A stretch of DNA of 64,000 nt from Octopus sinensis (taxonomy: Eukaryota). Under the pieces are notes generated by a model. The model was given only the letters and a program-made list of their open reading frames with translations. It searched no databases and had not been told where the DNA came from. The stretch lies in NCBI RefSeq assembly GCF_006345805.1, contig NC_042999.1:64666001-64730000 (forward strand), given 5' to 3'. Positions 12,030 to 24,425 of this stretch are shown here, piece by piece; within the stretch, counting starts at the first letter, position 1, and each line of letters opens with the position of its first letter. The position numbers and the translations under genes were made by a program.

Positions 12030-14369
12030 TAATGGCTGAATTGCCTGATAATCTAATTTACAGGAGGAGAAAACGTTTTGCATTTTATCTTTTACTGCCA
12101 AACATAAAAAAATACAATTAACTGAGAATAGAAAGTATTGCTTTTATGAAATGTTCAAGTAAGTCTTTCATGTCTATGCTAAACCAAACATTATTACTTC
12201 TATGGTAATATGAGAAGAGGCTCCTTTTCCTTCGTCAGATACATGCTTGAAATAAATCAGAATTATGTTATGTAATTGTAATGGGATTACAGATCGCTTC
12301 TTTGTGTCACTTCTTCTGGACCGAAGGAATTTTGAAACTAATGCCAAGGACCCCTCACTTAATCGAAAGGCGTCTTTCGTAATCTACTTTGAGCGAAATA
12401 AATCTGTAGCTAACTATATGTTTGACATAACAATTGGATATAAAATTTGCTGTAGAACTCATATATATTCATAGAATTTATACAATATGATGATGAAGTT
12501 CTCGTCACATATTTGGAAGCGTTGTATCGAAAAATACCACGAGGTTATAAAGTTTAGAAACACATCATTACTGTTGCACTAACGATTGCTGGCTTACATC
12601 TTTTTACACTATATCCGTCACTAAAATAAAAATGACAGAATGATAAGATTAAGATATTGGAGAAAAGAACATTAAAGAATAATAATACATTTTTTTAGTA
12701 CTATTATTGACCAGTTTTTTCTTTGTATCACTGAGCAGCTTGCTTGCCAGCAAACTATTTAGCAAATGAGCGATATCGACAAAAACTTACTGTTCCGGCT
12801 TTCTTAGCACCATTAAGTCTCTTCAGAACCACAGTATTGAATAGGCCCATACACTTTAGTCTTTCACTTCGTTATAGTGAAGCATAAAATTATATTCAAC
12901 AACGTTTCATGCATTAAGGGTCCTCCAATTTGTGCTCGAATTATCACCTGCAGAGATAACTCTCTATAACGACTAACAGCGATGCTGCGAAAAATTGACA
13001 TAATGGTGGTCAGAGCTAAGAATTAAATATAGCGGTATTGATTAGTTCGTTCATGATATGAATCGATAAAGTTATATTTTATCACCAGTCGAATTATTAG
13101 TCTAGCATATATCTTTTCATAACTTTTTGAATAGCATTAATATTACTTGAACTTAAAAAGAAAAGTATTCTGAATTTCCTTATTGTATGGGTTAAAAAAA
13201 AACTCACTACAATGAAGCGGTCTTGGCGAACGATCAGTTATAGAAAAGCAATTTACTTGTATGTTCATGACATCGAGTCCATTCTGCTGGATTAACATTG
13301 TTGTCACTTTTTATAATATTCGATCCCACATAAAGCGACGAACTCAACATTGCAAGATAATTAAGCATTGCTAAGCAGTGCTTATAGCTGTGTGTTATTT
13401 CCTGATTCTTTTCATATAGTTGGATGAGAAGAAGCAATGTCTACGGCCTTTTTCGTTCTCACCCCCTTCATTCGACTGATGAGATCAGTGAGGCTGATAT
13501 TTAACTTCAACGTCTGTAAATTGCAACAATGTACAGATTATAAGAAAACCATTTGTGTTGAGGATATCCCAGACATTAGAAATTCTGTAAGAGTTGGGTT
13601 AAGGGAAGTATATTGAAAATAAGATAAAGAAGGTTTGCAGAATCGATCTTAACGATGTCGGGGGGACCGTTAAAGTATAGGAAAAGCACCTTTCTTCAGA
13701 TCATTTAAAAAGAGAAAGCCTGGTGCGCTACCAGCAAGCTCGGAGGCGCTGAAAACGGTATATTATGCGCGGAAAAGACAATGTTTCTGTGAACCAGATG
13801 TTGTAGTGTGTTACCGAGGGAATATCTAACAATTGGTTGTTTGGCCTTTTACCTTTTCGTGCTCTAGGATATTTGTGAGAGCAATTTCAGTATTTTTGCA
13901 AATATATGAATCATATTTCGACTTGGGTCTCGAGGTTTAAGGTAGACTACCAACTAATTACAGCTGAAATATTTTGTTGGAAATGTTAATGTCATTCAAT
14001 AGAGGTCGTACATCAGAAATATTGAGGTATTTCTAGCAACTTCGAGAATTCTTAGCGGTATATTGTTTATAGGCAAAAAAACAAAAACAAAACAAAGAAA
14101 AGAAACCGTAGTGAAAGTCTGTCACTTCATGTCAGTAGTGATTGATGTGTCTCGCCTGGTCAAGATTGTTTTTAGCTTGCGTAGAGTTAAAACACTGAAC
14201 GGCAAAATTAGGTGCAGCTGGTGCATTTGACGATTTGGCATGCTTGACTGGACATTCAGCCTGTTTGGCGACGGTAGGTACAGACGCGCGCACATACACA
14301 CGCATTCACACACGCTCATACACGCTGAAATATACACATGCAGATAAATAGATAGATGGCTAGATCGAT

Positions 14370-14385
14370 AGAGAGAAAGAGAAAA

Positions 14386-14417
<32 letters not shown>

Positions 14418-14585
14418 GGAGACATTACAATTTATTAATTGAGCACCATTTGCATAAACATTTTACCTCATTATACAGAGAGCTAAACTCGTACAAATAA
14501 ATAAATAGAGAGAGAGAGAGAGAGAGAGAGAGGGAAGAGAGAGAGAGGGAGAGAGAGGAGGAGGAGAGAGAAAGGGAAAAGAGGA
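14370..14585. repeat. (GA)n / purine-rich tracts
   Basis: Directly visible. Confidence 0.85.
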
Positions 14586-15214
14586 ACGAGAGAACCATTA
14601 AAACGTCTGATGTCGAATAAGTCAGCGTGAAATGAGAAACGCCAAATAGCGGCGTCAAAACGCTTCATACACGTAGGAGCATCCTATGATATTGGGAATT
14701 AAGTGAACACACCGTGATGACAGCAGTAGGATATATACCATGTCAATATTCACTGAACAAGCTGCCTATTGCCCTATCCACTCGGTCATTGAGGCTCTCA
14801 CATAATAATATACAAAAGAATAATATGCTGAATGTTTCGGCTTGTATTCCAGACATGAACAATGCAACCTGTTTTGTGAATGGGATTCAAACCGAGAAAG
14901 GGTTCGATAGAGTCCATCAGGTTGTTTGTTATGTGAAAGAAGTAGTCATCCGGGCTACATTGTTTTTCATCGTTTATACAGAGGAAGAACAGTGACCATA
15001 ACATTCCTAGACTAGTTGAAGAAAGGAAGAATGAACAGTGAATTGTACCGAATGTTTGTAACAGACTGAACTCTGTTAAGGGTACCGCAAAACACCATTG
15101 ATAATGTTAAACCGAGAACGGCTCCTCCAAGATTTATTACAATTTCTAAGTATTATTTTTCTCTCACAAGACTTTGGTTGACACAAGACAATGGAAGAAG
15201 ATACCTCCTTAGTA

Positions 15215-15292
15215 TGCTGTGCAGAGTGATCGAACACGAAAGCTCGTAATTGCGAAGCAAATTTTATAACCGTACAGGCATATCTGCACCTA
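15215..15292 (-). mobile_element. Highly decayed SINE family A 5' part
   Basis: ctcacaagactttggttgac...gaagatacc...gtgcag..gatcgaac aligns to the family A reverse complement. Confidence 0.5.
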
Positions 15293-16828
15293 AAAGGTAT
15301 TTGCTAAAATAAATTGGCCTTACCTTACATGCATCTTTCTTTTGACTGGTCTTCGGGGACAAAGTAGTTCAGAGCTTTTTCTGTGGTAATATACTCGTAA
15401 ATAAAAATTCTTCTGGTCTGAATCCAATTATATGGCTTGGCTCTACTGACGGCAGCACAATTTGCATTTTTATGCAATAAAGCAGATTTCTAGACTGTGC
15501 AATGATATTTGAACATACGTTTTGCAAAACTGCCGCTTATATACGTTCAAAGGAGCAATCGAACGATAAGGCTTGCTTGCTAGGTCGTTAAAATATATAC
15601 AGACAGGCAGGTAATATAAATGTAGATAGATAGAAAGATAGAGAATAAGAGAAAGAGAAAGAAAGAGTAGGAAGAAACATTAAGAGATAAACGTGTATAT
15701 TCCGTTATCAACTGCAAATCGAACGAGATACATATCTACTCAGCGCCGTTTGATAAAATTAAGTTGCAAAAGCACCCCCGCCGCCCTCAATAACACACTC
15801 ATACACACAAGCAGAAACATCCACACAAATACACATGTACAACCACATCATATCAGCAAGACTTTGTTGTTATGTTTCATTGCTTAGCTGTTTCCATGTT
15901 CCCCACAGAAGGTAACTAAACAAAACAATTCAAATTAAACACAGAATCTGAACACAGCGTTGTTTTAAAAGTAGGTTAAATCTTGATATGATAATTTCGT
16001 TATTGTTGTTGAAGCCTTTTGTCAGTCTTCTCTTTATCTCTAGCTTTATTGTAAATAAAAATTCAGTTATTGTTGTTGCTTAGTCTTGCGTGAGCCCTGA
16101 TCACGTAAATGTATTGGGAAAGACAATCCAGTTACGACCATTCTATATTCCTCCATATCAGGGACTACAATTTTCGATGCAGCTATTTAAAAAAAAACAG
16201 TAGTTTATGATGCGAGAGATTTTCAGTGGTAATTGTATCCGTACGAGTGTCCACATAGAGGGGTCTGTCTGCTTGACTCTGCCTGTCTGTCTGTCTCTGT
16301 CTCTGCATTCATCTGTCGTCGATGGAGTTGTGTAGGAGCTGGAGTCAATCGTTGAGAAAAATGATTTTCATGAAGTCGTTTACTGATACACTTCAGTGTC
16401 TGTCTATATTACAGCTGGGGTAGCCTCGGCTTCTCAGAGCTCATTGGTCTTCCGCAACATCCTTTTAATGAACTGGTGACTGACTCGTTTCTTCTCTTTG
16501 TGTGACCCACATAATGTCCACGCACGCGGTACCTGCGGTAGTCATTACGTCCTGATCTTCTTTCTCAGATCATCAACCGTTTGGAATTAACCCCAAAGAG
16601 AAACTTCAACCGTTTGTATCTCACCAGCCATGGATACAGCCTCTTTCTCAAGGCCAAGCGTCATAAATAATGAATCCTTGATGAAATTACAGCAACTAGG
16701 AAGTATAATTGAATACAGAGTAATGTTCAGTTGCTGTAGAACGTATTTTGGTTATTGATATATATGGTGTAGAAAACTATTTAATAAAAATATTTTGAAT
16801 GTGAATAAATTTCCACTCACCTTTTGGT

Positions 16829-16898
<70 letters not shown>

Positions 16899-16901
<3 letters not shown>

Positions 16902-17423
16902 AATTAGAGAAGAATCACCATTAAGCCATTCAACAATGATATAATTAAATCATACCATATAGAAAAAAGTTAAAGATACAATAAAACAATTACCTAAAAT
17001 AAGAACAGTACTAAATAATAAATTTAGGTAATTGTTTTATTGGATCTTTAATTTTTTTCTATATGGTATGATTTAAGTATATCATTGTTGAATGGCCTAA
17101 TGGTGGTTCTTCTCTGATTTATATACATGTATTATATATTGTGAAATTTGATTTAGTATCACTAAAGTGCATTTTACCCTGTAAGTTTGCAATCATATTC
17201 CCTAATATAGGACGCCATAGTTAGCTCCTACACACATTTTTCTCTCCTTTTTTCTCTCCTTGTTTCTCTCCTTGTTTTTTTTCTGTGTATCTTTCTGTCG
17301 AAGAACGTAGGCTCGAAACGTAAAAGACTTTTTCTATTTCTATTCCTGAGCGCTATACTAATACATTTGTTTGTTTGTACTCCACCTGCCTTCGTCTTTT
17401 GTTTATTTTCGTAAACTTTCCCG

Positions 17424-17424
<1 letters not shown>
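16899..17424 (+). mobile_element. Penelope-like pLTR fragment with an inverted 5' portion and a hammerhead-like motif
   Basis: Inverted arms 16899-16998 and 17023-17122; hammerhead-like motif at 17290-17327. The 3' end cccgt|(TA)n is identical to the copy ending at 33808. Confidence 0.65.
17290..17327 (+). ncRNA. Minimal hammerhead-like motif with non-canonical core CUGUCGA
   Basis: tcttt-CTGTCGA-a-gaac gtag gctc-GAAA-cgt-a-aaaga. Stem I tcttt/aaaga; palindromic ACGU stem III. Confidence 0.55.
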
Positions 17425-17457
<33 letters not shown>

Positions 17458-18334
17458 GGTGGTTATCTGCTCCTTATGCAGTTTGATCACCTCCTGTACC
17501 TATACCTTAGAATCATAATGCCATCTGATGTGGCTTTTTAAACCAGACGATGTTTTGAAAAGACACCCACACATATCCCATCTGGACCCCGATTTGGATC
17601 AACAAGAGCTGCAGTTAAGTACATACCCATATATACACATTCGTACACATGCACGTTCGTGTGTGTTTGTATTTGTGTGTATCTATATGTTTATGTTTGT
17701 GTGTGTGTTTGTGTGCACGCACGGCGCCAAAAGTATATTTGCGAAGCAGGTAATCTTCGAGAGAACCCACTTAATCACTTTGGCTATTTATTTCGTACCG
17801 AGTTACTGACGTGTCCGTATAAATTTTTCAGTCGGTCTTATGCTTTCTCCCCTCATGAGCACCATTCATCTCTCCTCATCTCTCCTCATCTCTTCTCTTC
17901 TAACCAACCTTGTTGTGTTCTATACCCTAGGCCACACAATAAATACTACGCATCTATCATCATCATCATCATCTCCCCCGCGTCTTCCATACAGGTCTCA
18001 ACTTGTAATAGTTTAAACGGAACAAAACAGCCATCAGCCTCACCTGTCTCAGAGGACCTGCGGTGGCCATGGAAACTGCTCCTTCCTCTAGATGCTGCAA
18101 GGATAAAAATATTACATACACACACACACACACTCGCACACCCTCTCCCCCTCTCTCTCTGATACGTTCATATTCTGCTATACTTTCTCTGATATATGCT
18201 CTATCTCTCATCTCTCTCTCACATTCACTCTCTCTCACTTTCTCTCTCATTACACCCTGATGTATACGGATCTTCACGGGTGCACACATTCTGTCATACA
18301 CAGAGGCATATTCTCTTATTCTTACAAAAACATA

Positions 18335-18587
18335 AAATGTTTCTTCTCGACCCATGCCGGGCTCATAAGGGCCGGTTTCCCGGTTTCAGTGGCGTAGAAA
18401 TTCCCCACCTGGATGGGACGTCGGTCCGTCACAGGGTTACTCATTTTGCCTGCTGAGGGGACTGGAGCAAATGAGAAAATAAAAGAGTTTTGCTCAAGAA
18501 CACAACGCATCGCCCGGTCCAGGAATCGAAACCATAACCTTACGATCATGAATTCAACACCCTAACCACTAAGCCACGCGCCTCCAC
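18335..18587 (-). mobile_element. tRNA-derived SINE family C with a V-domain-like segment
   Basis: Head gtggaggcgcgtggcttagtggttagggtg...ggtttcgattcc; body ccctgtgacggaccgacgtcccatccagg. Homologous to 24177-24425. Confidence 0.85.
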
Positions 18588-18681
18588 TTATTCTTACTAA
18601 CACACTGTATACTTTTCACATCGCATACACACAAACACGCGCACATACAGACACACATACCTACACACACACATACGCACA

Positions 18682-18740
<59 letters not shown>

Positions 18741-18984
18741 ACGAACACACACACTGCAAAAAATTGCAATAAAATCATCCTAACATTTTCCTGTCCGGCA
18801 ACGTGTCACCAACTCCCACCGCAACCACCAACGAAACCAGATTCATCTCTGTATTTTATACCTCCCACCACTTCCCCCATCTCTAGAAATTCCCATCAAC
18901 GTGTGTCATCGGTTAAAGACAATCATATTTTCACATCTGATTCGAAAAAAGGTTCATTTTAAGATTTTCTTTACGTAATCCACT

Positions 18985-19351
18985 TCTTCCTCCCCGCTTT
19001 TCCTCCTTCTCCTCCTCTTCCTCCTCGTCCTTGTCGTTGTTGCCAACATCTTCATCGTTGTCATCATCATTATCATCATTATCCTCATCATCATCGTCAT
19101 CATTGTCATCGTCATCGACATGATCATCGTCATCATCGCCATGATGATAATGATGATGATGATGATGACGATCAAGATTATCACCATCATCGTTGTTGTC
19201 GTCGTCGTTGTCATCATCATCGTCATCGTCATCGACATCATCATCATCGTCATCATCCTCCCCATCACCAATCACCATCATCACAACCATCATCATCATC
19301 ATCATCATCACCATCATCACAACCATCATCACCAACACTACCACCATCACT

Positions 19352-19395
<44 letters not shown>

Positions 19396-19400
19396 AATAA
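18985..19400. repeat. Degenerate (TCA/TCG/CAT)n microsatellite
   Basis: Directly visible; source of the poly-M/D/I/H ORFs. Confidence 0.9.
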
Positions 19401-19569
19401 TACTTGTGAGTACCGTCTATATTTTTGTGGTATACATGGCTTAGCATTCCGACAAAATCTTTGATTAGAACAGGTTCATCACTATAAAGCAACATATCCG
19501 TCTCAGCAATCGATTATCAATAAAGTCTGAATTAAGAGATGTAAAAAAAGAAAAAAAAAAGAAAAAGCT

Positions 19570-19986
19570 AGGCGTAAGAGTGGCTGTGTGGTAAGTAGCT
19601 TGCTTACCAATCTCATGGTTCCGGGTTCAGTCCCACTGTGTGGCACCTGGGGCAGGTATCTTCTACTATAGCCTCGGGCCGACCAAAGCCTTGTGAGTGG
19701 ATTTGGTAGACGGAAACTGAAAGAAGCCCGTCGTTTATATGTATGTATATACATATGTATGAGTGTGTATATGTTTGTGTGTCTGTCTTTGTCCTCCCAA
19801 CATCGCTTGACAACCGATGCTGGTGTGTTTACGTTCCCGTAACCTAGCGGTTCGGCAAAAAACAGCGATAGAATAAGTACTAGGCTTACAAAGAATAAGT
19901 CCTGGTGTTGACTTGCTCGACTAAAGGCGGTGTTCCAGCATGGCCACAGTCAAATGACTGAAACAAGTAAAAGAATAAAAGAGTAA
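19570..19986 (+). mobile_element. SINE family A, full length
   Basis: Runs from aggcgtaagagtggctgtgtggtaagtagc to gaaacaagtaaaagaataaaagagtaa. Confidence 0.9.
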
Positions 19987-20507
19987 CTTATTTTTATATA
20001 CAATATCCTCGAACAAAAAAAAAGACAAAAATCAGAAAGACTGTTATTCATCCTTTGTTGGCATTTCATTAGCAACTGTGTACCCTCTTTAAGAATCCAC
20101 AAGACGCTGCATGAAACCGACTGTTACTAAAGGTTTAATTAACTGGGACACACAGATTTTCATATATGACGCATTTATGATAGCTTGTTCGATTAATAAA
20201 TTACCGCTGGTTATCAGTGTGTTCTAACAACACTACTTTACTATGAATACCATATTTTCCGACCTACAAGTCGAATTTTTCAGACTAAAATTTACAGCCC
20301 AAAATTGTAGGTCGACTTATACACGAAGGCGAATTTGGATGAGCAACAATTCCATGTGAAATGCAGCAGGATTTTGAAGGATAGCGACGATATTTGAGTG
20401 TTTACACTACATATTTACATTGTCTTCTACGTCGACTTATATGTCGGTTAATACCGAATGTCTGTAGGTTTTGTCCGATTCTTCATTTTTTATCCAGAAA
20501 GGTATTG

Positions 20508-20583
<76 letters not shown>

Positions 20584-20716
20584 TTATGGATAAAGCATAT
20601 TCTATAGCACACTATTAGCAGATGGACAAACACCCACACACACAAACGCACATATATACATACATACATACGTACAAACATTCATACGAACGTACGTACA
20701 TACATACACACATATT

Positions 20717-20756
<40 letters not shown>

Positions 20757-21042
20757 CACATATATACATACATGCCTAAGTGACAATCTGGAAAAACGGA
20801 GTTTTCAGAAAAGGAACTCAACTGGTCAGTTCGGACATTACAGATACAATCCATAAGGGGAACCGTAAAAATATGCGAAACTTTTCTCAATTTTAAAAAT
20901 GTAGACTTGTTTTTGTTATCTACTTTCCAACTATGGAGTTTCGTTTCTTTGTTAGAAACCGACACCTTCCCTACTGGAAGATGTCATATAATTAAAAACA
21001 GAAGTGAACACACACACACACACACCACACACAGACACACAC

Positions 21043-21073
<31 letters not shown>

Positions 21074-21661
21074 GAAACACACACGCACATGCAAGCGCAC
21101 AGGCATTTTGCAAGAGAATGCACAGAGCATTAACTATTTACGTTATACGTTTACTTATATCGAATTTTATATGAAGATCTCGTAATTAAATATACAGTCT
21201 AATGCAAACAATTCCTGTTCCATTAAATCTTTGAGAACATTAAACACAAGTCAGAAAGTTCTAAAATATGGCTTTCCTCCACGGCTAATCAATTCATGAA
21301 TTATATAACCATAACAATAAAAAGTCGGGGAAATAGTTGTTGCTTGGAGTTTTCAATTCTGCAGCTTGGGTAGTCAATTCTTTGTCGTTCTATTCTGACC
21401 TCTTATTTAGCATTATCTTAAGTCACGAATGTTCAAGACACCAGTAAGAAAATGGCAATGTAGGGGAAAGAGATTTCCATAGAAGTTCTGTTTAGGTTGG
21501 CTTAATAGCAATATTGATTTATAGAATTAACCGGTCAGTTGATCGAGAAAAGAAAATTAGAAAGTTTCGAGTTGCGCAGGAAACGTGTTAAATACGCGTG
21601 TACAATTACATACGCAATATGCGCAAACAGATACACACAGACACACACACACACACACACA

Positions 21662-21692
<31 letters not shown>

Positions 21693-21883
21693 TACACACA
21701 CACACACAGACACACGCACACACACACACAGACACACACATATGCACATACAATCCTGAATACAAAATCACACTGACAAATACATTACAATGGACATGCA
21801 GAAACACATGCGAATACTTTGTGCAATGCACGAAACAAACCGGCGTCAAACAACGCTCTTTACAGCACACACACGCACGCACG

Positions 21884-21928
<45 letters not shown>

Positions 21929-21964
21929 TATATATATATATAGAGTGTGGGTGTGTTTGTGTGA

Positions 21965-22200
21965 GTGTGTCTAAGTGTCTTGTTGTAGAGCTGAAAACGA
22001 GGTAATTTCTCCTCTTCTCCTTTGGAAGCCATCTGCTCGCGATACCAGAGGGCGCACATTCTCCTACCCTGATGTAATCTCCAGGTATACAGGCATCCAG
22101 CAACAGGACCTCCGTAATGCTATGATGGACCGTGAGGTCTGGCGCAACATTGCAAATTCCATTGTCTCGATCACGGTCGAACAATGATGATGATGATGTG
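21965..22200 (+). mobile_element. RTE-clade LINE 3' end with (TGA)n tail
   Basis: HCCRAENEVISPLLLWKP...RGRTFSYPDVI...DLRNAMMDREVWR, then tgatgatgatga. Homologous to 38165-38430. Confidence 0.85.
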
Positions 22201-22689
22201 TCTTGGAGGTGTGTGTCATTGTGTGTGTGTATGCTTGTGTGTATGTGTGTTTGTGAGTGTTTGTTGTGGTTGTTAGGATTGTATTGTGAGTAATTGGGTT
22301 TTTTCTTTTTGAGTGTGTGTGTGTGTGTGATTTTATTACTGGGGTACGGTCGTATTGTGTGTGTGTGTGTGTACATGTGTGCATATATGCGTGTGTGTTT
22401 GTGTGGGTTGTATTGTAGTTGCGTGTTTGTGTGCGTATCTGTGTATGTGTGGGTGTATTTGTGTGAAGGTGATTTGTAATTGCCGGGGTGGTGTGTGTAG
22501 GTGCGTGCATGTATATGTTTTTGCTTGGAATATGTGTGGGTTTGTGCTCTAGTGACACACCAGCCCAGAAACAAAAAAAAAATCCTTTCAATTCCACATG
22601 ACTCTTCCTTCCCCCTACCCCATCCGACCTCCCACACTGTCTCTTAAAATAGCAAACAACCCTTAGCTTCACACAAAATAAAAAAATAC

Positions 22690-23050
22690 TAAAACAGGTT
22701 TGTTCATCTCAAATTCTTTGTAAACTCCTAAACCTATCTCCTTCTGTGTATATATATACTACCAAACAAACATGTTTATTGAACTCCTAATATTTATCTT
22801 GAACTCCTAATACATTTCGTTTAACATTTTCTTATTATTATCAAAGAATGTATATGTGTAATTTGATACTTTTGTGACAACCAGTATTTAACACAACAAG
22901 GCTTATACAAAGCTTTACATTTTACTTTTGACAATCTTTTTCTAAAAAAGTGAAACCGGTCAAGTGAATAAACATCTTTAAAATTGCATTTTCAAACCTT
23001 CTTTCATATATATTTCCACTCGTGCGGTACCTTACAATTTCACTTTATTA
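22690..23050 (+). mobile_element. Probable decayed Penelope-like pLTR fragment
   Basis: Contains the decayed hammerhead at 22924-22965 followed by gtgaataaac, and ends at a (TA)n tract. Confidence 0.4.
22924..22965 (+). ncRNA. Decayed minimal hammerhead motif
   Basis: actt-TTGACAA-t-ctttt..aaaag-t-GAAA-ccggt-C-aagt. Stem I, stem II and the palindromic stem III are intact; the core differs from CTGACGA at 2 positions. Confidence 0.45.
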
Positions 23051-23063
23051 TATATATATATAT

Positions 23064-23660
<597 letters not shown>

Positions 23661-24066
23661 TGCTTTTTATATATATGACCCAAAAATTTAACTTAACTTA
23701 ACTATATATATTTGTGTGTGTGTGTTTATTTTTGTATCGAGTTGTAATAAGAATTTAACATGCAAATGAAAAATAAAGAATTACTCAATACTTTGGGTAG
23801 AGTACATATATATTAAGTTTTTTTTACAAGAGGAGTGATAACACGGACTTCGAAGTTTTAGCCTACGAGATTTCGTTGGAAGTAGAACGAAGGCTACCAA
23901 GCTGATATTTCGAAGTCACTGTCATTCTGTTATCTGTAAGAGTGCATTGCACTCCACTCCATATTTTGGAGACAAGTACCAACACTTCGAAAGGGTTCGC
24001 TAGGAGATCTTCATATGAAAACAATAGTTGCCTTGTTAATTCACAAATAAAGCACACACACACACA

Positions 24067-24107
<41 letters not shown>

Positions 24108-24176
24108 ATATACACATGTATATATATGTATGCATATGTATATAAATGTAATATATACATATGTACATACGTATAT

Positions 24177-24425
24177 GGTGGAGGCGCGTGGCTTAGTGGT
24201 TAGGGTGTCAGCATCATGATCGTAAGATTGTGGTTTCGATTTCTGGACCGTGCGACGCGTTGTGTTCATGAGCAAAACACTTCATTTCACGTTGCTCCTC
24301 TCCACTCAGCTAGCAAAAATGAGTAACGCTGCGATGGACTGGTGTCCTGTCCAGCTGGGGAACATATACGCCATAGAAACCGGGCCCATGAGCCTGGCTA
24401 GGCTTTAAAAAGGGTGCATTTATTT
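24177..24425 (+). mobile_element. tRNA-derived SINE family C with a V-domain-like segment
   Basis: A box ggcttagtggtt, B box ggtttcgatttc, and ctgcgatggactggtgtcctgtccag at 24329-24354. Confidence 0.85.

Noticed and set aside
12185-12250. Minus-strand CTGACGAagga as a possible hammerhead
   Set aside because: The 3' half (GAAAC, NUH) is not recognisable; at most a very old relic.
13470-13510. CTGATGA followed by an atcag/ctgat hairpin, as a possible hammerhead
   Set aside because: No GAAA, stem III or stem I follows.
16250-16700. Possible decayed transposase or LINE coding remnant
   Set aside because: No diagnostic motif could be read in any frame.
24177-24255. tRNA gene calls at SINE heads (also 18587, 46926, 49445, 56912)
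   Set aside because: A and B boxes are present, but I see no complete cloverleaf, and each runs into a repeated SINE body.
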